In this document: piece after piece, positions 25,155-37,009 of the stretch
Layout: every line of letters begins with the position of its first letter
Position numbering within the stretch: the first letter of the stretch is position 1
Source: Macrostomum lignano
Taxonomy: Eukaryota
DNA length: 64,000 nucleotides
Reading direction: 5' to 3'
Assembly (NCBI GenBank): GCA_002269645.1
Contig: NIVC01000805.1
Coordinates: 35,258 to 99,257 of the forward strand
Position numbers and translations under genes: made by a program
The notes under the pieces: model-generated
Told to the model about the DNA's origin: nothing
Databases searched by the model: none
What the model saw: only the letters and a program-made list of their open reading frames with translations

Positions 25155-26510
25155 TGAAAATTTCCATCAGGGAAGCTAAAATGTCCACCAGGGAAGCTAC
25201 AATGTCCACCAGGGAAGCTACAATGTCCACCAGGGAAGCTACAATGTCCACCAGGGAAGCTACAATGTCCATCATGGAAGCTAAATTGTCCATCATGGAA
25301 GCTACAACTGTCCATCATGGAAGCTACAATTGTCCATCATGGAAGCTACAACTGTCCATCATGGAAGCTAAATTGTCCATCATGGAAGCTACAACTGTCC
25401 ATCATGGAAGCTACAATTGTCCATCATGGAAGCTACAATTGTCCATCATGGAAGCTACAATTGTCCATCATGGAAGCTACAACTGTCCATCATGGAAGCT
25501 ACAACTGTCCATCATGGAAGCTACAACTGTCCATCATGGAAGCTACAATTGTCCATCATGGAAGCTACAATTGTCCATCATGGAAGCTACAACTGTCCAT
25601 CATGGAAGCTACAACTGTCCATCATGGAAGCTACAATTGTCCATCATGGAAGCTACAATTGTCCACCAGGGAACGGAAGCTACAATTGTCCACCAGGGAA
25701 GCTACAATTGTCCACCAGGGAAGCTACAATTGTCCACCAGGGAAGCTACAATTGTCCACCAGGGAAGCTACAATTGTCCACCAGGGAAGCTACAATTGTC
25801 CATCATGGAAGCTACAACTGTCCATCATGGAAGCTACAATTGTCCATCATGGAAGCTACAACTGTCCATCATGGAAGCTACAATTGTCCATCATGGAAGC
25901 TACACTGTCCATCATGGAAGCTACAATTGTCCATCATGGAAGCTACAATTGTCCATCATGGAAGCTACAATTGTCCACCAGGAACGGAAGCTACAATTGT
26001 CCACCAGGGAAGCTACAATTGTCCACCAGGAAGCTACAATTGTCCACCAGGGAAGCTACAATTGTCCACCAGGGAAGCTACAATTGTCCATCATGGAAGC
26101 TACAACTGTCCATCATGGAAGCTACAATTGTCCATCATGGAAGCTACAACTGTCCATCATGGAAGCTACAATTGTCCATCATGGAAGCTACAACTGTCCA
26201 TCATGGAAGCTACAATTGTCCATCATGGAAGCTACAATTGTCCATCATGGAAGCTACAATTGTCCACCAGGGAACGGAAGCTACAATTGTCCCCAGGGAA
26301 GCTACAATTGTCCACCAGGGAAGCTACAATTGTCCACCAGGGAAGCTACAATTGTCCACCAGGGAAGCTACAATTGTCCACCAGGGAAGCTACAATTGTC
26401 CACCAGGGAAGCTACAATTGTCCACCAGGGAAGCTACAATTGTCCACCAGGGAAGCTACAATTGTCCACCAGGGAAGCTACAATGTCCACCAGGGAAGCT
26501 ACAATGTCCA
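25155..26510. repeat. 22-bp minisatellite (ggaagctacaattgtccatcat / ...ccaccag) in the Evi1 intron
   Basis: About 60 copies of two interspersed variants. Confidence 0.95.
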
Positions 26511-26560
26511 TTCATCAAATGATATGTAAACAAAAACTGGCATTCGTCATGCTCTCTCAC

Positions 26561-26831
26561 CTTCCAGAACTCTCTTCCACACTATCGTTAGCCATCCCTG
26601 ATGTACTATTGAGTAAAGGCACTCTATGAGACGCTGCCGGCACCTGCTGCTGCTGCTGCTGCTGCATCAGAGCCTTGGCGACGCTCTCCGAATTGCAGCG
26701 CATCAAAGTTTTCCTCTTCTCGGCAATATCGGCGTTTGGATTTCGACAAACCGACGTCTCGTGTCGACGCAACGAGCTGATGGTCTTGAACTGGTTGCCG
26801 CACTCGGTGCAAGTGAAATTGTTACCGACTC
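26561..26831 (-). CDS. MECOM: Evi1-family internal exon with a C2HC finger (FTCTECGNQFKTISSLRRHETSVC) and poly-Q
   Basis: Acceptor gattcag| phase 1, donor AG|GTGAGA phase 2; both phases fit the flanking exons. Confidence 0.8.
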
Positions 26832-27258
26832 CTGAATCAATTCATTAGGATAGAAGGCAGTTAGTATCAGATATCTTCATGCTAAATCTTCATAAAATGG
26901 ATATAGAGCATTTATTTCACCATGTTATATACCACTAGAGCAGTACCTCGTGCTATTTAGAACTTCAGTTCGCCTAATGGCATCTATGCAGAGCATTGCG
27001 AAGCGGTTATGCAATTTTGAGTATAGGCACGTTGTTCTTCAAGAGTTTGACCCTAAATATTGCTGACCTGAACTGTACATTTGCTCGCTGTCTGTTAGAA
27101 TAAACTGTTTGTCCAGAAGGAAATGGATGACAGTATGATGTACATCGAATAAGAGTAGGAAGAGATTAGCTATAGCGATTTCGTGACCTGACTAACAAGC
27201 CTTTATTAAATACATCATTTTGCTGTGATTTTTGGCATCAGTGAACAGCGTATCTCAC

Positions 27259-27775
27259 CTTCGATTCCTGCACCTCCGGCCAGATTTCCGCCAACTGCAC
27301 CGCCGCTTCCTCCGGCTTTGGTGGCGGCCGAAGCTGCGGCGGCGGCTGCGGCAGCTGCGTGGTGCAGCCCCGCCAGCATCTGCTGCAGCGACGCTGGCGA
27401 CGACCCTGGCGGCGGCGGTGGTGGTGGCGGCGGCGGTGGTGGCGCCAGAAATCGAGCCGACGATGTCGGTGGTCTGGACGACGGAGGGGGTAGCGGCGGC
27501 GGCGGCGGCGGCCGCATCCCAGGCGGCAGCAGGTGGCTCAACGAGCTGAACAAGCCGGGAGGAAACGGAGCCACCGGCGAGCTTCCACTTGACATCGGCG
27601 GCAGCAGCGGTGGCAGTGAGGGCGGCTGATACTGCTGATGCATCGTCAGCGCCGCTGAGCCGCCTCTTCCACCAGCTGACGCCGCGGCTGCGTAGAGCTG
27701 CTCGAGGATCATCAGGTGCTGCTGCGGTTCGCCTCGCTTTTGAAATGCCGCCGCTGCTGTGGTCTGCACGGAAAG
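27259..27775 (-). CDS. MECOM: Evi1-family Pro/Ala/Gly-rich exon (5'-most exon found)
   Basis: Acceptor ttatgcag|, donor GAAG|GTGAGA phase 1; GC-rich coding-like composition. Confidence 0.7.
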
Positions 27776-29066
27776 CTGCATAAAATCAAATGCGAAACAG
27801 ATTAGGGAATGACTAATCATATCTATAAGCCGTTTGGAATATTAACAGGTGTGTTTGAGCTACCCGATAGATTGGATTTGTGTCATCGGGCAGTCAGCTA
27901 GTCTGTCAGCCTCCCCCCCCATAGGCGCAATTTAATTAAGCTACAAAAAATCAGAGCAGTTATAGGTCTTATAAGATATGTATTGGAACTGCTTGGGGAG
28001 GCTCCATCGGATTCTGCAGGCTCAAACACCATGGATAATGCATGCTTCCACGATAACGCTGATTCGAAGGCCGAACACAAACACACCATGCAGCTCAGCC
28101 TTCGAGTATAAGCTCAGTAACCCCAAGTTGAGTAGCTAGTCTTGTCTAAATAGTTATAAGCGATAAGAGATTTAGTTGAAGGAAGAACACACATCCCAGG
28201 AAGCTGATTAACTACATAGCCAGCATCATTGTTAATTGATTAATATTGAGACACATGAAACGGGTCGAGGGCTTATATAATAAGTATAATTTCTATCAAA
28301 AGCTGAAAGATTCATTGGCTCACCTCATCGGGAAACAGACTGCTGGCCATTGAGAGTTTACTGCGGGGATCCGTTGTTGCAGTATCTGTCAGAGGTGTGA
28401 GATTGCAAAAGTTGCTATTGCGAGATGTGCACGAATTACTGGGAACAGTCTGCGTGCCAGTTTAGGCGGTAATAAATAATAATTCTCACAAACCGGGAAA
28501 ATATTGGGAGAAATTTGAGCTTCAGAGACTGCATGCTGCAAGACCATGCGCGCATGCTGCAGTTGGACATGCTGGAAAAGGGAGAAACGCAAACGGAAAC
28601 TGCAGGGATGGAGTAAGAAAGCAGGAACTGAGAGAGCGGGCAAGGACTCCCATGCAGACACCGCTTTTGTGGACAATGCCACCCCAGTCACAGCACAGGC
28701 TGCGCGAGAATTGGTAATGGGATGCCGCGCGCAGAGGACCAAGGACGCTTCATCATCAGAAATCTGAGCCTTTTCCACCAAAGAATTTCTGTGTGTACAT
28801 CGAATTGGTGCTTATAATATGTATAATAGTAAACAGACAGGCTGTCTGTCTGCATAGTATCGGTGTACGAGTGAATCCATCCGAGGAAGGAAGTGCTGGA
28901 AGTCTATGAAAAGGGACAAAAACTTTTGCTGGGATAGTTGACCATATTCGATGTGATGTGATACCTTAATACTAATGCCATCTTTGCTTTTCCAAATTGA
29001 TTTAGAGAGGACAGGAAGTTACATTTAATGTTCCTCGGGTGTGTTTCAGCTTATGCATTAATATCA

Positions 29067-29445
29067 GAGGCGCCAGCACCAGAGGCGCCAGCACCAGAGG
29101 CGCCAGCACCAGAGGCGCCAGCACCAGAGGCGCCAGCACCAGAGACGCCAGCACCAGAGGCGCCAGCACCAGAGGCGCCAGCACCAGAGGCGCCAGCACC
29201 AGAGGCGCCAGCACCAGAGGCGCCAGCACCAGAGGCGCCAGCACCAGAGGCGCCAGCACCAGAGGCGCCAGCACCAGAGGCGCCAGCACCAGAGGCGCCA
29301 GCACCAGAGGCGCCAGCACCAGAGGCGCCAGCACCAGAGGCGCCAGCACCAGAGGCGCCAGCACCAGAGGCGCCAGCACCAGAGGCGCCAGCACCAGAGG
29401 CGCCAGCACCAGAGGCGCCAGCACCAGAGGCGCCAGCACCAGAAG
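29067..29445. repeat. 15-bp minisatellite (gaggcgccagcacca)
   Basis: About 25 almost identical copies. Confidence 0.95.
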
Positions 29446-30760
29446 GCGCTCAACACTAACTCCTGATAAATAAATAATACTGACAAAGTGAAAGAACTTA
29501 CAGCAGAAACGCTATATCAATATCCGATGATTTACTGGCGGTGATTAAGAATTTCAGGAATGTCAGAAATATGAGTATATCTAGATAAATTTTTTCTGCA
29601 TGCTCATAACTCTTTCGATTTGGTATTTATATATGCCTGAGAAAGGGCTGTCTGCAGAGCTGCTGTCTCAAAGCCCACCTCTTCCTAGCGCCGAGATACC
29701 CTCGGCGGCATGTGAGAAAAGAACTGCTTAATTTCTGTTGCCAGCCAGAAAATTTGAAAGGGAAAGAGACTGAGAGAAGCGAGTTTCAGTCCCAGATCGA
29801 TAGCAATAAGCGTGTAACCACTTCTCCCCCCAAAAAGGTCGTAAAACTGCTCATTGGAGCTAACTGAATGGCCAACGCGCCGTGTTTTGTTCCAGAATTA
29901 AAAGAAACAATGTTATTATAGTCATAGACTTGACTGGACAAAAACCTCGGTTCATTTTGGCAGTTATTGTCGAGCGAGGGGGTTGTAAAAACGTTGCTTT
30001 TAAGCCCGAAATTGAGCAACACGTTGGCTTGGAATTTCACATTTGTTGCCGTGCAAGGCGGAGGCGGTGTGAGAATTGGTGCGATCAGTTTCGCACGGTT
30101 CTCCTCACGCCTGCTTGAGTGCCAAAGATTATGATAAGACAAGCTGTTACGAAAACTGCGCTAGGATTTGACGTTTTGCTATTTTGTGGCGCGCTCTTCT
30201 GTAAGCGCGCGTGTAAGAAATTTTTCTGCCCCAAGCAAGTCTGAACAATGCCGCACGGATATCAGCTGCAGTTTACGATGTGAAAGGACAGAAAATCTCA
30301 ATGGAGCTTTTTACATTTCTTGTCGTATCTGACCGCGGGAGAAAAGATTTGGATCTTTTGCGCGCACGCATGAGCTCGCCAAAAATTGCTGGAGAAGCAG
30401 AGAATTCTGAGACAAATTCCCACCGCAGCGTGTGTGCGCGTGTGCGCGCGTCACTTTTCAAATTGTTGAAAAGCAGAAATGCAGAAAGTAAAAATGCAAT
30501 AGTTTCAGGCCACGCTTCTTCTGAATCAAGACAAGATCCAGACAAGACTTCATCCAGCGAACTGCTTGGAACTCCGGCTTAGCAACTAAAGCACAGCTAA
30601 CCACCAGCTAGTTCTATAACAAGATTGTCTGCCACGTGTCACCAATTCGTAGCTTATTATACAATAAACAGTTCAGCAGAGCGCGGGACAAAAAAAGAAG
30701 TTGATATTTTCTTTAGCCAACAAAAAAGTAACAATCTCGATAGCTCGACTGAACCTGTTG

Positions 30761-31623
30761 NNNNNNNNNNNNNNNNNNNNNNNNNNNNNNNNNNNNNNNN
30801 NNNNNNNNNNNNNNNNNNNNNNNNNNNNNNNNNNNNNNNNNNNNNNNNNNNNNNNNNNNNNNNNNNNNNNNNNNNNNNNNNNNNNNNNNNNNNNNNNNNN
30901 NNNNNNNNNNNNNNNNNNNNNNNNNNNNNNNNNNNNNNNNNNNNNNNNNNNNNNNNNNNNNNNNNNNNNNNNNNNNNNNNNNNNNNNNNNNNNNNNNNNN
31001 NNNNNNNNNNNNNNNNNNNNNNNNNNNNNNNNNNNNNNNNNNNNNNNNNNNNNNNNNNNNNNNNNNNNNNNNNNNNNNNNNNNNNNNNNNNNNNNNNNNN
31101 NNNNNNNNNNNNNNNNNNNNNNNNNNNNNNNNNNNNNNNNNNNNNNNNNNNNNNNNNNNNNNNNNNNNNNNNNNNNNNNNNNNNNNNNNNNNNNNNNNNN
31201 NNNNNNNNNNNNNNNNNNNNNNNNNNNNNNNNNNNNNNNNNNNNNNNNNNNNNNNNNNNNNNNNNNNNNNNNNNNNNNNNNNNNNNNNNNNNNNNNNNNN
31301 NNNNNNNNNNNNNNNNNNNNNNNNNNNNNNNNNNNNNNNNNNNNNNNNNNNNNNNNNNNNNNNNNNNNNNNNNNNNNNNNNNNNNNNNNNNNNNNNNNNN
31401 NNNNNNNNNNNNNNNNNNNNNNNNNNNNNNNNNNNNNNNNNNNNNNNNNNNNNNNNNNNNNNNNNNNNNNNNNNNNNNNNNNNNNNNNNNNNNNNNNNNN
31501 NNNNNNNNNNNNNNNNNNNNNNNNNNNNNNNNNNNNNNNNNNNNNNNNNNNNNNNNNNNNNNNNNNNNNNNNNNNNNNNNNNNNNNNNNNNNNNNNNNNN
31601 NNNNNNNNNNNNNNNNNNNNNNN
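30761..31623. other. Assembly gap (863 N)
   Basis: Run of n. Confidence 1.
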
Positions 31624-31666
31624 AACTTTCGCTATTGTACATGCAGTTAAACGAGTTGGTCTCCTC

Positions 31667-32128
31667 TAGTATTGCTTTTGTCAGCCTAACTGAGAATAAA
31701 GCCATCCAAAGTGAGAATCCTGCCTACGCTGACTGCGAAGGGCCTGGCTGCGTGCAGCCTTAGTCTATGGGCCATAGACAATAAAGGACAAGCAAAGTGA
31801 TAAAAAGCCATCCAATGTGAGAATCGATTGGTCTATGCGTCGTATTATTTTATTTTTATACTTCTGAGCTTCTGAGCCATATGACTAGCCAATCCTAGCT
31901 TATCCTTTATAGCCTATGGCTCATAGACTAGGCTGGACGCAGCTAGGCCCTTCGTATTCAGCGTAGGCAGGATTCTCACTTTGGATGGCTTTTTATCACT
32001 TTGCTTGTCCTTTATTGTCTATGGCCATGGACTAAGGCTGCACGCAGCCAGGCCCTTCGCAGTCAGCGTAGGCAGGATTCTCACTTTGGATGGCTTTATT
32101 CTCAGTTAGGCTGACAAAACCAATACTG
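31667..32128. mobile_element. MITE, about 460 bp with about 160-bp TIRs (Tc1/mariner-like ACTG|TA right end)
   Basis: 31667-31827 is the reverse complement of about 31968-32128 (gtcagcctaactgagaataaagccatccaaagtgagaatcctgcctacgct...). Internal partial duplication. Confidence 0.85.
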
Positions 32129-32399
32129 TACATGTAGTCAAATACAGCCTAATTTTAGAGCAATAAATTAAGAATTTGACAAATCAACTACAATTAACGT
32201 CAGACTTAAGAAGTATATTAAGCTGGGGTAAAGATAGCTTCCACGTAAGGTTGAATAAAAAAACGCTCATATTTGTACCGCTTTTTAGTTGTTAAACAGG
32301 ATTAACTTCTAAAAATTGATAAACGAGTATATGCATGTACTACGCTTATAGTCATGCTCTGTGAACCACGAGAATATCATTCATCACTACTGTCCAAAT

Positions 32400-32538
32400 T
32401 CAATCTAGTAGTATGGCTTGAAGATAATACACGAATCGGTCTGGGGATTTTCTCTTCGACACCAACGATCTGCTTGGCTTAAGCGGCTGATGCTGTGGCG
32501 AACATTCCCATATCGAGTTCGAACTTCCTTCCGCAGGT
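32400..32538 (-). CDS. Cut/Cux-like gene, putative terminal exon 7
   Basis: Acceptor ccattcag| phase 2 keeps the frame open for 46 codons to TGA; no diagnostic motif. Confidence 0.45.
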
Positions 32539-32739
32539 CTGAATGGTTTATGTGATACGAAAAATGGTCTTTATTCCTGTCTAGACATCTCTAGCTCCTT
32601 TTGCTGTCTTTTCACTGTTTCACTAAATTCTTATCTAACACTATAACTCCCATATCTCCTCTCGGAATAAATCTTAATCTGTCAATCTCATTTCTTTCTA
32701 CATCTTTACCGCTTCCCACCTCACATCCCTCCCCTTTCG

Positions 32740-33085
32740 CATCTCTCAGCTCTCTTCTCACATCTCTCCTCTACTCACATCTCCCCTTCTACTCACATCT
32801 CCCTTTACTCACATCTCTCCTTCTCATATCTCCCCTCTCACATCTCTCCCCTCTCAAATCTCTCCCCTCTCACATCTCTCCCCTCTCATATCTCCCCCCT
32901 CTCACATCTCTCCCCTCTCACATCTCTCCCTCTCACATCTCTCCCCTCTCACATCTCTCCCTCTCATATCTCCCCCCTCTCACATTTCTCCCCTCTCACA
33001 TCTCTCCCCTCTCACATCTCTCCCCTCTCACATCTCTCCCCTCTCAATCTCTCCCCTCTCACATCTCTCCCCTCTCACATCGCTC
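32740..33085. repeat. about 17-bp CT-rich minisatellite (ctctcacatctctcccc)
   Basis: About 20 degenerate copies in Cux intron 6. Confidence 0.85.
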
Positions 33086-33100
33086 CCCTACCCTACTCAC

Positions 33101-33242
33101 AACACAGCCGTAGCCACTCGATCTTCATCCAATCGATCCCCTTGTCTTAAGCCCTCCGTGCGCTGATTGTGAAACCAATTTGTCCCCTCAGAAATCCGAA
33201 GCTGATCGCCAGAGGAATTGTGAACCGCCTTATTGCAGACAT
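33101..33242 (-). CDS. Cut/Cux-like exon 6 with a homeodomain helix-3 remnant (QLRISEGTNWFHNQRT)
   Basis: Acceptor cttccttcccgcaag|, donor TT|GTGAGT; WFHN is the Cut-class homeodomain signature. Confidence 0.7.
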
Positions 33243-33384
33243 CTTGCGGGAAGGAAGGCGAAGCAGAGACGCCGTGTTATTTTGAAATTCAGATTGATCG
33301 ACGAAATCATTTTTATTCTGCAATTAGTTTTCGTAGCAAATTTTTGGCTTCCTTTTGTGCCTCTCCCTTATCTATTTGTCCTCT

Positions 33385-33960
33385 TTTATCGATTTATCCC
33401 TCTCCATTATCGATTTGTCCCTCTCCATTACCGATTTGTTCCTCTCCATTATCGATTTGTCCCTCTCCATTATCGATTTGTCCCTCTCCATTATCGATTT
33501 GTCCCTCTTCATTATCGATTTGTCCCTCTCCATTATCGATTTGTCCCTCTTCATTATCGATTTGTCCCTCTCCATTATCGATTTGTCCCTCTTCATTATC
33601 GATTTGTCCCTCTCCATTATCGATTTGCTCTCCATTATCGATTCGTCCCTCTCCATTATCGATTTGTCCCTCTTCATTATCGATTTGTCCCTCTCCATTA
33701 TGGATTTGTCCCTCTCCATTATCGATTTGTCCCTCTCCATTATCGATTTGGAACTCTCCATTATAAATTTGTCCCTCTCCATTATCGATTTGGAACTCTC
33801 CATTATAAATTTGTCCCTCTCCATTATCGATTTGTCCCTCTCCATTATCGATTTGGAACTCTCCATTATAAATTTGTCCCTCTTCATCGTCTCTTGATCG
33901 ATTTTTCTCTCTATTATCGATTTTTCTCTCTATCGATTTTTTTTGCTAAATATCGATTTA
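33385..33960. repeat. 21-bp minisatellite (ctctccattatcgatttgtcc) carrying ATCGAT
   Basis: About 25 copies in Cux intron 5. Confidence 0.95.
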
Positions 33961-34118
33961 CCCCTCTACATGATCGATCTGTCCCTCTCAATTATCGATT
34001 TTTCTCTCAATCATAGATTTTTCTCTGTCCGTTCCCACTATCTTCTGTTTTTCTCTCCACCTCTTTTACTGTCTTGTTGTCTGCTCCAAGCCAGCTCAGG
34101 CCAGAACAGGACACCCAC

Positions 34119-34280
34119 CATCCGAGCAGATCTGAATCGAATCCCCTTCGTTGTTCGCCTCGACCTCCATCTCTACAGTTGCAGCCTCTGAACCCAGAGA
34201 CGACGTAGATGAAGGCGGAGGCTGCGGTTGAGTCTGTGGAATCCTCGATTGTATGAAAATCGACATTTTTCCGTTTGCAC
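34119..34280 (-). CDS. Cut/Cux-like exon 5 (linker)
   Basis: Acceptor ccacag| and donor G|GTGGGT, both phase 1, in frame with the neighbouring exons. Confidence 0.65.
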
Positions 34281-34377
34281 CTGTGGGCGGGACAAATTTT
34301 CTTGACATGCTATTTGCTTTCTTGATAATTCATTTTGACTGAACTAATTAATTATTTTTAGACCGTATATGTATCTG

Positions 34378-35620
34378 GCGCCCCCTCTGTAGTTGGCGCC
34401 CATCTGTAGCTGGCACCCCTCTGTAGCTGGCACCCCCTCTGTAGCTGGCACCCCCTCTGTAGCTGGCACCCCCTCTGTAGCTGGCACCCCCTCTGTAGCT
34501 GGCACCCCCTCTGTAGCTGGCACCCCCTCTGTAGCTGGCGCACCCTCTGTAGCTGGCACCCCCTCTGTAGCTGGCACCCCCTCTGTAGCTTGCACCCCCT
34601 CTGTAGCTTGCACCCCCTCTGTAGCTGGCACCCCCTCTGTAGCTGGCGCACCCTCTGTAGCTGGCACCCCCTCTGTAGCTGGCACCCCCTCTGTAGCTTG
34701 CACCCCCTCTGTAGCTGGCGCACCCTCTGTAGCTGGCACCCCCTCTGTAGCTGGCACCCCCTCTGTAGCTGGCACCCCCTCTGTAGCTTGCACCCCCTCT
34801 GTAGCTTGCACCCCCTCTGTAGCTGGCACCCCCTCTGTAGCTGGCACCCCCTCTGTAGCTTGCACCCCCTCTGTAGCTGGCGCACCCTCTGTAGCTGGCA
34901 CCCCCTCTGTAGCTGGCACCCCCTCTGTAGCTTGCACCCCCTCTGTAGCTGGCGCACCCTCTGTAGCTGGCACCCCCTCTGTAGCTGGCACCCCCTCTGT
35001 AGCTTGCACCCCCTCTGTAGCTGGCACCCCCTCTGTAGCTGGCACCCCCTCTGTAGCTGGCACCCCTCTGTAGCTGGCGCACCCTCTGTAGCTGGCACCC
35101 CCTCTGTAGCTGGCACCCCCTCTGTAGCTTGCACCCCCTCTGTAGCTGGCGCACCCTCTGTAGCTGGCACCCCCTCTGTAGCTGGCACCCCCTCTGTAGC
35201 TGGCACCCCCTCTGTAGCTTGCACCCCCTCTGTAGCTTGCACCCCCTCTGTAGCTGGCACCCCCTCTGTAGCTGGCACCCCCTCTGTAGCTTGCACCCCC
35301 TCTGTAGCTGGCGCACCCTCTGTAGCTGGCACCCCCTCTGTAGCTGGCACCCCCTCTGTAGCTTGCACCCCCTCTGTAGCTGGCGCACCCTCTGTAGCTG
35401 GCACCCCCTCTGTAGCTGGCACCCCCTCTGTAGCTGGCACCCCCTCTGTAGCTTGCACCCCCTCTGTAGCTTGCACCCCCTCTGTAGCTGGCGCACCCTC
35501 TGTAGCTGGCACCCCCTCTGTAGCTGGCACCCCCTCTGTAGCTGGCACCCCCTCTGTAGCTTGCACCCCCTCTGTAGCTGGCACCCCCTCTGTAGCTGGC
35601 GCCCCCTCTGTAGCTGGCGC
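34378..35620. repeat. 18-bp minisatellite (ctctgtagctggcacccc)
   Basis: About 69 copies with variants ttgcac and ggcgcac. Confidence 0.95.
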
Positions 35621-35654
35621 CGCCTCAATCAACGGGTGTAAAGAGCAGACTTAC

Positions 35655-35845
35655 CATTAATTCTCTTGGTCGAGAGTTTCTTTGTCGGTGGCAACGTCGA
35701 CATCAGAGCGACAACATTCGTTTCGTTGTCTGCCCAACTGGCCATCCGTTTGTAGCTTTCTCGGCCTTTCTCGGTCAGTTTTGGCCACGGCTTCGGCTTG
35801 CTTAGCAGCTCGGACACCGTGCCCTGGGACAGGCCCAGCACACGT
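35655..35845 (-). CDS. cut: Cut/Cux-like exon 4, C-terminal half of the CUT domain
   Basis: [38 protein letters not shown] closely matches the first CUT repeat of Cut/Cux; acceptor tttccag|, donor G|GTAAGT. Confidence 0.9.
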
Positions 35846-35884
35846 CTGGAAATTTATTGATCTTATCTGTACATGTTGTATACT

Positions 35885-36610
35885 CGATAGAGACACATCT
35901 TCGGACAAGACACATTTTCCGACAAGAAACATTTTCGGACAACAACATTTTCGGACAACAAACATTTTCGGACAACAAACACTTTCGGACAAGACACACT
36001 TTCGGACAAGACACATTTTCGGACATGATACATTTTCGGACATGATACATTTTCGGACAAGATACATTTTCGGACAAGATACATTTTCGGACATGATACA
36101 TTTTCGGACAAGATACATTTTCGGACAAGATACATTTTCGGACAAGATACATTTTCGGACAAGATACATTTTCGGACAAGACGCATTTTCGGACAAGCTA
36201 CATTTTCGGACAAGATACATTTTCGGACAAGATACATTTTCGGACAAGATACATTTTCAGACAAGACACATCTTCGGACAAGACGCATTTTCGGACAAGA
36301 TACATTTTCGGACAAGATACATTTTCGGACAAGATACATTTTCGGACAAGATACATTTTCGGACAAGATACATTTTCAGACAAGACACATCTTCGGACAA
36401 GACGCATTTTCGGACAAGCTACATTTTCGGACAAGATACATTTTCGGACAAGATACATTTTCGGACAAGATACATTTTCGGACAAGATACATTTTCAGAC
36501 AAGACACATCTTCGGACAAGACGCATTTTCGGACAAGATACATTTTCGGACAAGATACATTTTCGGACAAGACACATCTTCGGACAAGACGCATTTCCGG
36601 ACAAGTCACA
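35885..36610. repeat. 17-bp minisatellite (ttttcggacaagataca)
   Basis: About 42 units, about 20 containing GACAAGATA. Confidence 0.95.
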
Positions 36611-36665
36611 TCTTTGCTGGAACTTTTCCTAGCTGAAATATTGACGCACTGAGCCCTCCTACGAG

Positions 36666-36765
<100 letters not shown>

Positions 36766-36838
36766 CTCGTATATTTTTAAGTTACTTTGGTTCAAAACAA
36801 TGTATAAAAATATAATTAATTAAAAAATCAGTTTTTAC

Positions 36839-37003
36839 CTGGCAAACAATCTCTGTCCAATCCCGTGCCTGCCTAATAGCTTTCTGACTTTGCTGGCAAT
36901 GCTTGCCGTGTCTAGGATGTCAGCTGTGGCTAATTGAAACTGATTGACAGATTCGCCGCTGTATTGCATTCGACGCTTCTGGCCTTCCATTTGAGTGCAG
37001 TCA
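36839..37003 (-). CDS. cut: Cut/Cux-like exon 3, N-terminal half of the CUT domain
   Basis: ILDTASIASKVRKLLGRHGIGQRLFAR follows the LDT..I..V..L....IGQRLFA start of CUT repeat 1; phase 2/2 splice sites. Confidence 0.88.
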
Positions 37004-37009
37004 CTGCGG

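Noticed and set aside
22698-25157. Plus-strand ORFs overlapping Evi1, Sulf-antisense ORFs and BAZ1B-antisense ORFs
   Set aside because: Shadow ORFs of GC-rich coding sequence on the opposite strand.
25076-26644. Alternative model with the Evi1 intron splitting a poly-Q tract (CAG|GTGCCG donor)
   Set aside because: A stronger phase-consistent donor (AG|GTGAGA at 26561) and acceptor (TTTCAG at 25092) explain the structure.
30625-31705. ORFs spanning the N run
   Set aside because: Artefacts of the assembly gap.
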